64,000 bases of DNA, taken from IMG/VR virus record IMGVR_UViG_3300021338_000003, positions 124,001-188,000 of that record; one strand, 5' to 3'. The translations under genes were made by a program, and so were the position numbers. The notes under the pieces are model-generated. The model had not been told where the DNA came from. It searched no databases and was given only the letters and a program-made list of their open reading frames with translations. Positions 9,357 to 19,378 of the stretch are shown here, piece by piece (positions within the stretch are counted from its first letter, which is position 1; each line of letters opens with the position of its first letter).

Positions 9357-10316
9357 ATGACCAGCAAACCCAAAATCCTAACTCGTGAGCAGGAAAGAGA
9401 AATAACCCTTCGAGCTTGTGACCTGGAAGGTCAGGCTTGGGGTATTCTCAACGAAGTGGTAACCGAGAAGGAAATTGAAGAGATTCGAACAGTCCTCCAC
9501 ATCAAGCCAGGCCGGGTCTACAAGAATAAGGTCACTCGCCTTAAGGTCATGGATTGGGTGTACGAAAATTGGGCCGATCGTTTGGACTTGGCTCGATTCT
9601 TTGGGGTGTGGGGTCAGGCTATGCAAGCCCGGTGGGAATTGGCCTCGGGGTGCTTCCTTCTTGCCTGGAGGCTGGGCCATCAATATGCCAGACATAGAAA
9701 GCATTTTTCGCCTGAGGATGGACAGCAAGAGGCTGTCTTCGGTCTTCTAGATGCTGCACGTCGTTTTGACCCTGACCGCGGCGTAAGATTCTCAACCCAT
9801 GCCAGGTGGTGGATTAAGGCCAGGTTGGTGCGATATGTCAACGAAAAGGACTATTTGATTCACGTTCCGGTCAATGTGTTGGAAATATTTCGCAAGGCAT
9901 ATAATATGATCAATGGGCATGGTTTCAGCCTAGAAGAGGCGTCCGAGATGCTAGGGAAGCCTCCAGAGCGGATTATTTTCTGTATGCAACAGGTGTTTGC
10001 TAACAATAGCATGGAAAGTCTTCACGTCCCTGTTGTGAACGAAAGTGAAAGTGGGGATAACTCCCCCAGAACTCTCGAATGCATTCTGCCCGATGGGAAG
10101 CGTTCACTTGATGACATAGTACTGGACCGGATTCTCCTAGAAAACATTCGGGACTTCCTGGACCAGCTCTCTCCAAGGCAGAGGGATTGTTTTATCTCTA
10201 GGGTGGAAGGCCAAACATTTGCCGAAATCGGAGACCGATATGGTATCTCACGGGAGAGAGCACGTCAAATCGTGAAACTTACCCGAGAGAGTATAGTGGC
10301 CATGGCAGATCGATAG
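9357..10316 (+). CDS. RNA polymerase sigma70-family sigma factor
   Basis: Region 2 GLLDAARRFDPDRGVRFSTHARWWIKA; region 4 HTH TFAEIGDRYGISRERARQI. Confidence 0.9.
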   Translation: MTSKPKILTREQEREITLRACDLEGQAWGILNEVVTEKEIEEIRTVLHIKPGRVYKNKVTRLKVMDWVYENWADRLDLARFFGVWGQAMQARWELASGCFLLAWRLGHQYARHRKHFSPEDGQQEAVFGLLDAARRFDPDRGVRFSTHARWWIKARLVRYVNEKDYLIHVPVNVLEIFRKAYNMINGHGFSLEEASEMLGKPPERIIFCMQQVFANNSMESLHVPVVNESESGDNSPRTLECILPDGKRSLDDIVLDRILLENIRDFLDQLSPRQRDCFISRVEGQTFAEIGDRYGISRERARQIVKLTRESIVAMADR

Positions 10317-10340
10317 TGGAACCAACAAAGGGGGTACCAC

Positions 10341-10715
10341 ATGCCTTTCTCCGAGCCCACTTCAATTACATTTGGCGATGGCGCTGACGCTAGCAGCAGC
10401 ACCGAGCTTGGTGTTCTCACTCTCAACACCGACGGGTCTTTCACGATCCAGAAGAACGGTGCCCTTGTTCAGTCCTTCCTTGCCGATGAGCGTGACCGTC
10501 TGCGGTCTCGCCTGCAGGCGGCCATGGACGAGTACTCCAACTTCGGTACCCCCAGTGAGACTGGAGCCCGCCTGTGGGATGTGTCCGATGATGTTGACGA
10601 TTCGGACCCCAAGAGGGTTCAGCTCAACGAAAATTCTGGAACGATCACCATGTTCCAGAATCTCGGAGTAGAATACCTCATCGCCACCATTGAAGGTCTG
10701 CTCCTTGCTCTGTGA
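10341..10715 (+). CDS. hypothetical protein, possibly virion
   Basis: Clear ORF with RBS; acidic, S/T/G-rich. Confidence 0.6.
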   Translation: MPFSEPTSITFGDGADASSSTELGVLTLNTDGSFTIQKNGALVQSFLADERDRLRSRLQAAMDEYSNFGTPSETGARLWDVSDDVDDSDPKRVQLNENSGTITMFQNLGVEYLIATIEGLLLAL

Positions 10716-10749
10716 GCCTTAGACCACCATTTTCATCGTAAGATACTTG

Positions 10750-10778
10750 TGAGCCCGGGCCATATCGGTCCGGGCTCA
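10750..10778. terminator. hairpin between convergent genes (bidirectional terminator candidate)
   Basis: TGAGCCCGGGCC...GGTCCGGGCTCA inverted repeat. Confidence 0.65.
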
Positions 10779-10785
10779 TTTGTAT

Positions 10786-11631
10786 TCACCTTAGAATGTC
10801 TTCCTTCACCCTGGACAGGAACTCATCTAGAATCATTGCTCTGGACTTGGAGTTATGGTTCCATTGTTGCTGGAGGGTAGCGGAGGTCTGACGGACCAAA
10901 GCATGGAGTCTCTCCATCGGCCCATCGGCCATGGGCTCTTCCTCGGTTTTTTCAGATATCAGGATGCTCGGGACCTGGTGAGAATGCATGCAGTTGCTAG
11001 CATGCTCTCGAAAATCACCTAGGGTGACTTCATTCCGGCCTCCTCCGAAGTCCAGAGGTACCTCACTAATGTTGCTGGGGTCTATCCACCCTTCCCTGTC
11101 CCTGAAGTGTTCTTCTCTACCCAGCCATCGGACAACTTCGAGGATGCGTCGGAGATCGCTGGAGTTATCAACAGACAGGGGTATGGCAATGCCACCTCGA
11201 ATGACTGCCAGGGGGCATCGGGTATCAGCGAAGACGTCCTCCGAGAATACAAGAAAGGTAAGTGGGACCTCCTTGCCCTTGATTTTCACAAGGCGTCTGA
11301 CAGCCAGGAATGGTTCGTGGTGGGCGGGGCCACCTACTAGGCCAACGATGGAGGTGGCCGACGAGACTTCAACGATGGTCTCGTTGACTCGATTCCGCTC
11401 CTCCTCTTCCTGAATCCTTTGCATTTCTAGCACATTGGAGGCGTGAATCACGGCCGCCATTATACGGGTCTGCACCTCAGGTTCAGGGTCTTCTTTGATG
11501 GGCTCTTCGGATGTGGCGGTTGCCTCTCCCCATTCTTTGATCTCGGCCTTGAACTCGGTGTCCAGGTCTTCGTCAAGAGGATTGGAATCGAGGTCCTCAT
11601 CGAGGTCCACGTCTACGGAATTCTTGGGCAC
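10786..11631 (-). CDS. hypothetical protein with acidic N-terminus
   Basis: 281-aa ORF in a - strand operon. Confidence 0.65.
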   Translation of the reverse strand: MPKNSVDVDLDEDLDSNPLDEDLDTEFKAEIKEWGEATATSEEPIKEDPEPEVQTRIMAAVIHASNVLEMQRIQEEEERNRVNETIVEVSSATSIVGLVGGPAHHEPFLAVRRLVKIKGKEVPLTFLVFSEDVFADTRCPLAVIRGGIAIPLSVDNSSDLRRILEVVRWLGREEHFRDREGWIDPSNISEVPLDFGGGRNEVTLGDFREHASNCMHSHQVPSILISEKTEEEPMADGPMERLHALVRQTSATLQQQWNHNSKSRAMILDEFLSRVKEDILR

Positions 11632-11924
11632 GTTTTCTCCGAAATCTGAAGACGCTTCTTGGCCTCGGCCATAGCAGGCAAGAGACCCTCAACATCACCT
11701 TCACTGATGGTACAGGATGTGCTACTCTCACGAATAATCCACTTCCACCGATTGGTTCTGAAGACATGAGACACCTGGGCGTCATAGCCCCCGGAGAGAT
11801 TGGGGTATCGGAAGAAGGGAAGGCCGATATCCCCCTCTTCCATCTCCCATCCGGGCGGTGGGTCTTCAATACCTCGGAGGATATCGTACTCACAAAGAGT
11901 CAGGGCACTCACGTTGCCTCCCAT
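11613..11924 (-). CDS. hypothetical protein
   Basis: Fills the operon gap; start uncertain. Confidence 0.45.
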   Translation of the reverse strand: MGGNVSALTLCEYDILRGIEDPPPGWEMEEGDIGLPFFRYPNLSGGYDAQVSHVFRTNRWKWIIRESSTSCTISEGDVEGLLPAMAEAKKRLQISEKTCPRIP

Positions 11925-12195
11925 AAGTCACAGACCAATCGATCTCCGGCTCCCCTTCTTCAATGATCAGCTTCGCGTGGCGCAAGGCTTCGTCATTGAA
12001 CGGCATGTGAGAGTCTTCAGCCAGCTCATGGAAATTGTTGTGCCGAAGGAAGTGGTTGAAGGCCATGTCGCTGGAGCCTACCCACTTGTCAAACTTGTCG
12101 AACTCTTCGAAGGTGATCGGTGTAAGTTCTGCACGGTCTCCGACTGGGATGCCGAGGTGAGGAACACCATCTGGCCAGACAAGAAATTTGCGCAT
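11890..12195 (-). CDS. hypothetical protein
   Basis: TGATG coupling to thyX. Confidence 0.55.
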   Translation of the reverse strand: MRKFLVWPDGVPHLGIPVGDRAELTPITFEEFDKFDKWVGSSDMAFNHFLRHNNFHELAEDSHMPFNDEALRHAKLIIEEGEPEIDWSVTYGRQRECPDSL

Positions 12196-14429
12196 CAGTG
12201 CTTCCCCTGTTCCGGATCCTGTTCGAACGCCGTGTGGCCAATGTTGAGGTCATTCGTCTGGCTCTCGATACTCTTCATGGCAGTCCGAGCCTGTTCGACG
12301 TACTCGAAGTTGCCTCCAGCAACCCAGCCCCTGAGTTCCATCGCGTAGGTAGCGTGCTGCAGTCCACCCTGACCCTTCATTTGCACCCGGGTGCCCAATG
12401 GGAGGCAGAGCATAGCCGTCCATTGGTTACCCTCAAATAGGTACTTCTCATGCAGCTCGGTGCACATCGCGATGTAACGTTCGACGTTGGCCTTCCCGAA
12501 ATCACTGATCGGGGTATAATGGTGGTCGATTTTGAGCAACCCTCCCGCTGTCTTGTGTCGTTCAGAGCCACGCAGTGGGGTGGGTGACGCATCTCGGACA
12601 ACCCGCAATTGCCAGGGCATCATGGGACGGTGCCGGTGCCAGTCCCGAGCAGCAGCCAGCGAGCAACGAATGGTCACATCCGCCACCCCGTAGTGGTTGA
12701 AGGACGGGTCGAGGTACTGGCGCCGATTGGCCCGGGGGCTCAGATTGTCAGTGCCGACGTACTCTCTTGTGGAGCACACAGTCACCTCGACATCGTCCCC
12801 ATCAGCGGCAACAAAGGCGTCGTACCCAGACTCCCCAGTGTGCATCCCAACCCATCGGTGGAGCATGTTGAGGTGTCCGGGAAGCTTTTGGAACACGGCG
12901 TGTCGTGCCAGAGCCTTCCACATATACCGAGTTGTTTTTTCGGACAGTGTGGACTCCTCTTTCGGACAAGTGCACCTACCATCAGGCATGAGATGCCAGT
13001 GTACCTCACAATCCTTGTGAGGTGGTTGAATGGATGACGGGTCAACCTTAGCCCCCATAGACATCGTCTGCTGAGGTTTGTCAGGGACTATAGGATTGAA
13101 CTTCTTGAAACCCTCCCTGAGTTTCTCGATGGCAGCCCCAGTATAGACAGTACCGTCCCAGGACATCCGACCGGACTGAACCAAGGGGACAGAAAGAGGG
13201 TCTTGGACGTAGGGGTTTTCCGGACTTCCCACCCGGTGGACGTTGGGGGTGTCATCAGGCAACCAACCACCGACGGCTGCTCCTGCGATCGGGGCATTTT
13301 GCGGCTGCCGCTGGTGTGCCCATGCTTCCGGCTCGGATTTTGGAGTCCTGCCGGTCATTGACACATCATGCACTGCCTCACGGAGCCACATGCCTGCCAT
13401 CCCAGGCATGGCCTGCCGGTATGTTTCCTCGATCTCCTCAACGATTTGAAGGGCACTTTCTTGTCCCGAATGGGTAGCCATGTCTCGCATCACCTTGAGC
13501 ACCCGGCCCATGGTGCGGACGTCACCGGCGTGAGCCACCCCAGTCTCGATAGTGCCCGGAAGCGGCCACCGAGCACGGTCGAAGGCGGGACGGAACGCCT
13601 GCGGGTCGTTCATCCAGGGGTACTTCTTGCCGGTGCCAGCGCATACTTCGCACTTCTCGACTTTGCGCGTGTCCTCGAACGTAGCACTCCATCCCGCTCC
13701 GGTTCCCTTGAGATCACGTTTCACGAATTTCTCAATCTTTCCCGACCCGCCGCACTCCAGGCAGTCTGCCCGCAGCTCGACCTTCCACGCCTCGGTCTCG
13801 TGCCAGGCGATCTCCAGGCCGAGCTTGTGCATCTCGATCAGGTCTCTTGTATCCTGGTCGAGCTGCCCGAGGCTGGATTCGGTGATGTCCATGCGGGTGC
13901 CGAGCACACTCTTACAGAAGCGCACTTCGCCCGCCATCGGCCAGTCACGGCGCCACACTGCCCGGGTGCTCATTTCCTGACCGCGCACCAACGGGTTGTC
14001 GAAGGTGAGGTAGGCCAGCCACCACGAGATGTGCTCGATGAACACCACCGGGCGTCCGGTCAGCTCCTTGATCGAGGCATGTCCGTAATCGCCAACGAAA
14101 GTATTGAAGAACTCTTGAATAACCGGATGTAGGGACCCGCTGACCACGTATGAACACAGGTGCTCCTCTGCCGAGTTCATGAACTCGGCATACTGCCCTT
14201 CACGACCTTCGGGTTCGGTACGCAGCACGCTGATGGGAGGATAGCCAGCGTGGGTAGACAACCCGTCGGCGATCTTCTCGACCACTTCGGTATACCGAGC
14301 AAGGATACCGCCCTTCGGCACTCGCGACATCATGGCTGCGAACATAGCGGCAGCCTCGGGGATCACACGATGGTCGAGCCAGCTGCAATGATGGCCGACA
14401 CGGTGAAGATACGTTGGGGTCCAGGTCAT
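12195..14429 (-). CDS. thyX: FAD-dependent thymidylate synthase, tandem two-domain type with insertions
   Basis: YGHASIKE, QEMSTR and FDRARWPLP in the N half; RDWHRHR, LPLGT and YAMELR in the C half. Confidence 0.8.
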   Translation of the reverse strand: MTWTPTYLHRVGHHCSWLDHRVIPEAAAMFAAMMSRVPKGGILARYTEVVEKIADGLSTHAGYPPISVLRTEPEGREGQYAEFMNSAEEHLCSYVVSGSLHPVIQEFFNTFVGDYGHASIKELTGRPVVFIEHISWWLAYLTFDNPLVRGQEMSTRAVWRRDWPMAGEVRFCKSVLGTRMDITESSLGQLDQDTRDLIEMHKLGLEIAWHETEAWKVELRADCLECGGSGKIEKFVKRDLKGTGAGWSATFEDTRKVEKCEVCAGTGKKYPWMNDPQAFRPAFDRARWPLPGTIETGVAHAGDVRTMGRVLKVMRDMATHSGQESALQIVEEIEETYRQAMPGMAGMWLREAVHDVSMTGRTPKSEPEAWAHQRQPQNAPIAGAAVGGWLPDDTPNVHRVGSPENPYVQDPLSVPLVQSGRMSWDGTVYTGAAIEKLREGFKKFNPIVPDKPQQTMSMGAKVDPSSIQPPHKDCEVHWHLMPDGRCTCPKEESTLSEKTTRYMWKALARHAVFQKLPGHLNMLHRWVGMHTGESGYDAFVAADGDDVEVTVCSTREYVGTDNLSPRANRRQYLDPSFNHYGVADVTIRCSLAAARDWHRHRPMMPWQLRVVRDASPTPLRGSERHKTAGGLLKIDHHYTPISDFGKANVERYIAMCTELHEKYLFEGNQWTAMLCLPLGTRVQMKGQGGLQHATYAMELRGWVAGGNFEYVEQARTAMKSIESQTNDLNIGHTAFEQDPEQGKH

Positions 14430-14728
14430 AAGGTTCTTTTCCTCGGAGTTGTGAGAATTCTCTCTTCTTCGGGCTCTACGGAGACGTTTTTCTCGGCAAG
14501 GCCGAGGCCCTCAAATATGGCAATTCTCTGCGGATGTCCCTCGGGGAGCTTTCGAGCCGAATCTTCGAGGGACATGACCCCAAGAACCTCCCCTTCCGGA
14601 AATTCTTTTGTGGGTTCTGCCCGGTACACGAGTCGCTCAATTGCACCGGGTGGGGGTTTACCACCAGGTTTGCAACAATCAACGAGCCAGGGTTGGCCCT
14701 CAGCCATAACCAACCACCTTCCGATCAT
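14426..14728 (-). CDS. hypothetical protein
   Basis: ATGA-coupled ORF. Confidence 0.5.
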   Translation of the reverse strand: MIGRWLVMAEGQPWLVDCCKPGGKPPPGAIERLVYRAEPTKEFPEGEVLGVMSLEDSARKLPEGHPQRIAIFEGLGLAEKNVSVEPEEERILTTPRKRTL

Positions 14729-14934
14729 TTCGGATCCTCCTCAGATGGGGATGGCTTGTTCCAGAACGCTTCTGCACCCGGAATAGCGATGACTGCGGTG
14801 GTCTCGGCGTTGCAGCTGTCACATCTCCAGGTGGCAGTCGGGCTACCGAACAGGAGACCGGTTCTGACCAGGGTGATGGACGGACCGTGGACGGACCGAC
14901 CTTCGATACACTTCTGTGATTGTTGTTTTGACAT
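14725..14934 (-). CDS. small Zn-ribbon-like protein
   Basis: C...H...CDSC; coupled ORF. Confidence 0.45.
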   Translation of the reverse strand: MSKQQSQKCIEGRSVHGPSITLVRTGLLFGSPTATWRCDSCNAETTAVIAIPGAEAFWNKPSPSEEDPK

Positions 14935-14955
14935 TCGGGTCCTCTGGACCCTGGT

Positions 14956-15294
14956 TTACGCAGCCCAGTTGGTGATGCGATCTTCGAACATCCAGATGTC
15001 CCGCAGAGGCACCCCCCATTCCCAGCAAAAGAATGCCAACTGAGCGTCACCCTGGGCCCACTTCTTGATGGCGATGTCCCACCACTGGTCCGAAAGGAAG
15101 GTGAATCCCTCTTCGGCGGCACGTTGGACGTGAAGCGGCGGGATCGGGCGGCCGTCAGGCATTTCGGTCAGGTCCCGACCTTCAGGCTTGGCCTGACCGA
15201 AATGGTGCACCGAGCACTTCTCCCAGGTGTCATAGTCGGTCAGAACGTATCCGGTACCTTTGCAGGGACAGTCACGAGGGTCGATGCGGGTCAT
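14956..15294 (-). CDS. hypothetical protein with CPCKGTG motif
   Basis: AAGGAGGCAATCCAATG leader. Confidence 0.6.
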   Translation of the reverse strand: MTRIDPRDCPCKGTGYVLTDYDTWEKCSVHHFGQAKPEGRDLTEMPDGRPIPPLHVQRAAEEGFTFLSDQWWDIAIKKWAQGDAQLAFFCWEWGVPLRDIWMFEDRITNWAA

Positions 15295-15339
15295 TGGATT
15301 GCCTCCTTATACAAGTATCGTGTGGTACGTCGCTTCTTC

Positions 15340-15588
15340 CTAGTGCAGGAGAGTGTACCCCTGTTCCATGAGAGACTCATCTGCGTCGCTCTTCGTCCAC
15401 GGACGACTGATAGAAACTCGGGCTACCATCCTCCCTGTGATGTTGACCCGCTCGAAGAAGTTTCCAGTCTCGCGCCAAGGGAGGCACATTTTGGAAGCCA
15501 CCGCGATGGTTTCTTCTGCATTGAGGTGAAGGAGACGAGTCAAGGTAGACTTGATTTCGTCGGCACTGGGCTTGGTCTCGTTGGACAT
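15340..15588 (-). CDS. small early-type hypothetical protein
   Basis: AAGGAG RBS directly after promoter. Confidence 0.6.
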   Translation of the reverse strand: MSNETKPSADEIKSTLTRLLHLNAEETIAVASKMCLPWRETGNFFERVNITGRMVARVSISRPWTKSDADESLMEQGYTLLH

Positions 15589-15609
15589 GAAATAACTCCT
15601 TGTACAAGT

Positions 15610-15638
15610 ATTATAACATGGCACGTTGAAGAGTGCAA
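15610..15638 (-). promoter_or_regulatory. sigma70-type promoter, TGCCATGT class
   Basis: TTGCAC-17 nt ending TGCCATGT-TATAAT on the - strand. Confidence 0.8.
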
Positions 15639-15642
15639 GTGC

Positions 15643-15671
15643 TGGACTTAAATCGAGGATCGTGTTAAAAT
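15643..15671 (+). promoter_or_regulatory. divergent promoter for the topoisomerase gene (variant)
   Basis: TGGACT-17 nt ending CGTGT-TAAAAT. Confidence 0.5.
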
Positions 15672-15692
15672 CTCCCCAACTGGAGGGACGCC

Positions 15693-17921
15693 TTGGCTGA
15701 CCAAGAAATCGAATTTGTGACCGCAGAGGACTACACTACATCGGCATACCAAGAGTATGGTATGTACACCCTGGAGGAGCGTGCTATCCCGGCCCTTCAA
15801 GATGGTCTCCTGCCGGTTCAGAGACGTATCCTCTATTCCATGTGGAACCTTGGCCTCAGGACCGATTCCAAGTTCGCCAAGTGCGCCAACATCGTCGGTC
15901 ACACCATGGGTAAGTATCACCCTCACGGCGACCAGGGCATCTATGGTGCGTTGGTCAACATGACCAACCCCGAGATGTCGATCTTCGGTGGTGACCCCCG
16001 GGCCCCGGTGTTTCCCCAGGGAAACTTCGGTATCCCCCGTCCTGGTGAGGGAAAACCGACTCGCTATCCCGCAGCCGCCATGCGCTATACCGAGGCCAAG
16101 CTCTCGAAACTCGGTACGGCTCTCTTTGACTGTCTGGATGTCGCCAAGATGGACGACAACTTTGACGGGTCGACCCAGGAGCCGTGGATCATTCCCTGTC
16201 GGGTCCCCCTTCTTCTGATGCAGGGTTCCTATGGTGTTGCTCTTGGTGCTAACACCATCATTCCGCCCCATCATCCGGTGGAGGTCCTCCGGGCTGCCCG
16301 GCTGCTACTTGATGACCCCGAGGTGTCGGTTCGGAAGCTCATGACCAAGGTGAAGGGACCAGACTATGGGTTCGCCCGGTGCCTTTCCAGCCGAGAAGAT
16401 ATCGCCGAGGTATATACCGCAGGGAAGGGGACTCTCCACTTCCTTTGCGATTACCACATCGAGCGTGGTTCCGACTGCCACGAGTTGGTGGTCACCTCTT
16501 TGGCCCCTGGATTCCTTCTGGCCCAATTCCTCAAGGTGTGCCGACAGCTGGAGAATGAATCGAAGATCGTTGCTTGTAACGATTGTACTGATGCATCGGG
16601 TACCCGGCTCATCATCCAATTCAAGGACCCGGTGGTTGTCGAAGAGCGGATTCTGCCCCGACTTCGAACCCGGGTGTCCTACCAGTGGAATGTCATCGAC
16701 AAGACCTCCGATGGTCGATCCCAGTTCGCTCGCATCAACCTCAAGGAATACCTCGCAGCCTGGGTGGATTATCGCCGTCAAGTCGAAGAGGATGTCCTTC
16801 GACTGATGCGCAAGAAGAAAATTGAGCAATTCCGTCGAGAGACGGCGCGGTTGGCAGGAATTCAGAACATCGATGAGCTTGCCAAGATTCTGGCCAACCC
16901 GAAGCTCTCCGAGGAAGAGAGCAATAAGCTCATCATCGAGAAGGTCAAGATTCGGATGGGGTCCAAGGTAAAGGACCTGGACCAAGAGCAAGTCCAGATG
17001 CTCCTCGACCTCAAGATCCGGTCCCTCCGAGCCCTCAACCTCAAGACTCAGGAAGGGAAGGTCAAGGCAATCTCCAAGGAAATCCGAGAGATTCAGGCCC
17101 ACCTGAAGGACGTCGATGGGTGGCTCCGTCTTCAACTGGAGCAGGCGGAAAAGATCTTCCCGAAGGGCTACAAGCGAGGAATGAAGCTTCTCAATGGTAC
17201 AGAGCCCGAGCTGGAGATGCCCGAGGGGGAGGCCGCCATCGGCTTCTGGAACATCACGGACAAGGGGTTCGTGCGGGACTTCAAGGACCTCCCGCAGCGA
17301 AAGGGCAAGTGGTATGCCGATTCGGTCACGGTCCCGGCTACTGCCAATGTGACCATTGTGGAGTCCTCTGGTAAGGCTCACACATACCAATCGGTGTACC
17401 TGACCCGTGGGTCTCTCGGTCTCAAGTCTCCAGTGGTAGGGTCCACTTCAGACCGGTTCAGCCACCTCATGGTGGTTGACGCCGACGGGTTCGTAGGGGT
17501 CATTGAGAATCCCCCAATCAAGAACCATTCGGTCGTCATGAAGACCGAGAAGGAGCTTGTGCTCGCCCGGGGTGTTAACCTCGATGATGAAATTTTTGTC
17601 ACCAATGGCAAGACGTGGGCTGCCAAGAAGGTCTCGGACATCGGTTCTAAGAGGCCCAACAGCAAGGGTACCCGGTTCTTCCGAGGCAAGGGTGACCTCC
17701 ATTTCTTCGTCATTCCGAGGGGCGGAACTCTAGTCATGAATGGACATGGGCCTATTGCCGATCGGGACCTTGCAGCCAAGTCCCCTTCCCAGATCTTCCC
17801 CTTGGCCCCTAAGGGCAATTGGGTAGTGGACCAGAACAACATCAAGGCAGTGATGACCGCTGGTGAGGCTTCGGCTATTGCCCAAGAGACGGGCATCTTG
17901 TCCGTCGATCGGTTGCGATGA
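15693..17921 (+). CDS. type IIA DNA topoisomerase subunit A (GyrA/ParC)
   Basis: RAIPALQDGLLPVQRRILY, GKYHPHGD and catalytic AAMRYTE; TTG start with GGAGG RBS. Confidence 0.92.
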   Translation: MADQEIEFVTAEDYTTSAYQEYGMYTLEERAIPALQDGLLPVQRRILYSMWNLGLRTDSKFAKCANIVGHTMGKYHPHGDQGIYGALVNMTNPEMSIFGGDPRAPVFPQGNFGIPRPGEGKPTRYPAAAMRYTEAKLSKLGTALFDCLDVAKMDDNFDGSTQEPWIIPCRVPLLLMQGSYGVALGANTIIPPHHPVEVLRAARLLLDDPEVSVRKLMTKVKGPDYGFARCLSSREDIAEVYTAGKGTLHFLCDYHIERGSDCHELVVTSLAPGFLLAQFLKVCRQLENESKIVACNDCTDASGTRLIIQFKDPVVVEERILPRLRTRVSYQWNVIDKTSDGRSQFARINLKEYLAAWVDYRRQVEEDVLRLMRKKKIEQFRRETARLAGIQNIDELAKILANPKLSEEESNKLIIEKVKIRMGSKVKDLDQEQVQMLLDLKIRSLRALNLKTQEGKVKAISKEIREIQAHLKDVDGWLRLQLEQAEKIFPKGYKRGMKLLNGTEPELEMPEGEAAIGFWNITDKGFVRDFKDLPQRKGKWYADSVTVPATANVTIVESSGKAHTYQSVYLTRGSLGLKSPVVGSTSDRFSHLMVVDADGFVGVIENPPIKNHSVVMKTEKELVLARGVNLDDEIFVTNGKTWAAKKVSDIGSKRPNSKGTRFFRGKGDLHFFVIPRGGTLVMNGHGPIADRDLAAKSPSQIFPLAPKGNWVVDQNNIKAVMTAGEASAIAQETGILSVDRLR

Positions 17922-18175
17922 CAAAACTCAAGGTGGCATGGGATGGATACACGGGGTTCGTCCACCATAGTGATAGCAATTTCCGAATTGCTAGACTAGA
18001 TCGGTTGATGTGCATGTTCCCATGCGACAAGCCGGGAAAGAAAATCCCTCTGTCGCAGGGAGGCAAGCTTATCCACAATCTTGAGGTGATATTCTCTGAG
18101 GTTGTACCCGAAGGCCCTCTTGCTGAGGGGGCCCTTGACGGATTCATCTCACGGGGACTCGATTTCTACGACTGA
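17918..18175 (+). CDS. hypothetical protein
   Basis: ATGA coupling. Confidence 0.5.
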   Translation: MTKLKVAWDGYTGFVHHSDSNFRIARLDRLMCMFPCDKPGKKIPLSQGGKLIHNLEVIFSEVVPEGPLAEGALDGFISRGLDFYD

Positions 18176-18334
18176 GTGCGGCAGTCTTATGGTATGACTT
18201 GGGAACCGCTACACCTGGCTCTATCTTGGTTGCCTGCCCTCTACGAGAAGGTGCAGGCTGACCCATTTTGGGGTATGGACCTCTGGGTGCCAGAAGGTGG
18301 TTGGCCCAGTGACCGGAAAAAGTGAGGAGGCACG

Positions 18335-19378
18335 ATGTCTGGCTTCTATTTTCAAGATCGACCCCGTAGTACGGATGAGGCCGCTTCCCAGCAGCCTGGT
18401 GGCCACGAAATCAATATCGTCAAATCCGCCATTCAGAGGTATATTTCCAAGTGGCTACAAGATGGGACACCCCAGAACAGCCTGTTGATTGGGTATGCCC
18501 CTCGTCTGGGGCAATTCTGCACCGGGGCTCGCGACGCTCTATACTTCAACACCGATTTTTCCTGGGACATCGACCAGGATTCAAATGACCGGGAAGTGCA
18601 AGTCGCTCGACTTGTTGAGAGTATGGGGCGCCGGTTTCCGGCTATCCTAATCATTGACGGCGGGTATAGAAACCGAACGGCTGGATTGGGTGATGTCCAG
18701 GCGGCCCGGTCTTATGATTCTCGGTCAATGAACTTTGATGTTGCCGTCGATATGGTTGTCACCCTAGAACTCATGGTCATTTCCGAAACCGAGGCAGTCA
18801 CCAACGACCTCTCTGTCCTCTTGACCACAGTTGTTGGGCCACCCCTTCGTCGCTTTGGGGGTGGCAACCTCATCTGTTCCGAGGATCCCAACAACCATTG
18901 GCAAATCACCCTACCCCTTGAGAACAGCATGTCTGCCATCTCCAAGGAATCCATGGGTGATGACCCCCAGAACAGGCTCTACGTAGCCTCTACGAGCATC
19001 GAGGTGATGTATGATGGGGTTTCGGCCTTGGGACGCGAATTTGCGGTCCGGAGAGGTACCGGAGGGCTCCAGACGGAGGGTGGACACTCCATCACCATCA
19101 CTGCAGACGACACCAGTGGACCCGATATTTCCTTTGCGGTGCCGGAGTCTGTTCGTTCTGGTCGCCCTGTGTACGTCCCCCTCATTCTGACTGATAGCGC
19201 CGTTGAAATTCTGCTTCGACCTCACTGGAGGTTGTATGTGTCCGATTATCGTGTTTTCACATATGACCCTTCCACTTTCACTCTCTACCCAAAGGCCCCT
19301 GGGACTGCCACTCTGGTAATCCAAAACCGTAATGACAAGAGTACGGTTCTTGAACAGGAGATCACGGTTACACCATGA
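18335..19378 (+). CDS. probable tail completion/neck protein with C-terminal Ig-like strand pattern
   Basis: RRFPAILI motif typical of tail terminator-like proteins; lies upstream of sheath; GAGGAGG RBS. Confidence 0.5.
   Translation: MSGFYFQDRPRSTDEAASQQPGGHEINIVKSAIQRYISKWLQDGTPQNSLLIGYAPRLGQFCTGARDALYFNTDFSWDIDQDSNDREVQVARLVESMGRRFPAILIIDGGYRNRTAGLGDVQAARSYDSRSMNFDVAVDMVVTLELMVISETEAVTNDLSVLLTTVVGPPLRRFGGGNLICSEDPNNHWQITLPLENSMSAISKESMGDDPQNRLYVASTSIEVMYDGVSALGREFAVRRGTGGLQTEGGHSITITADDTSGPDISFAVPESVRSGRPVYVPLILTDSAVEILLRPHWRLYVSDYRVFTYDPSTFTLYPKAPGTATLVIQNRNDKSTVLEQEITVTP

Noticed and set aside
12800-13380. Intein in ThyX
   Set aside because: No C/S...HN-C/S/T splice motifs or LAGLIDADG blocks in the insertion.
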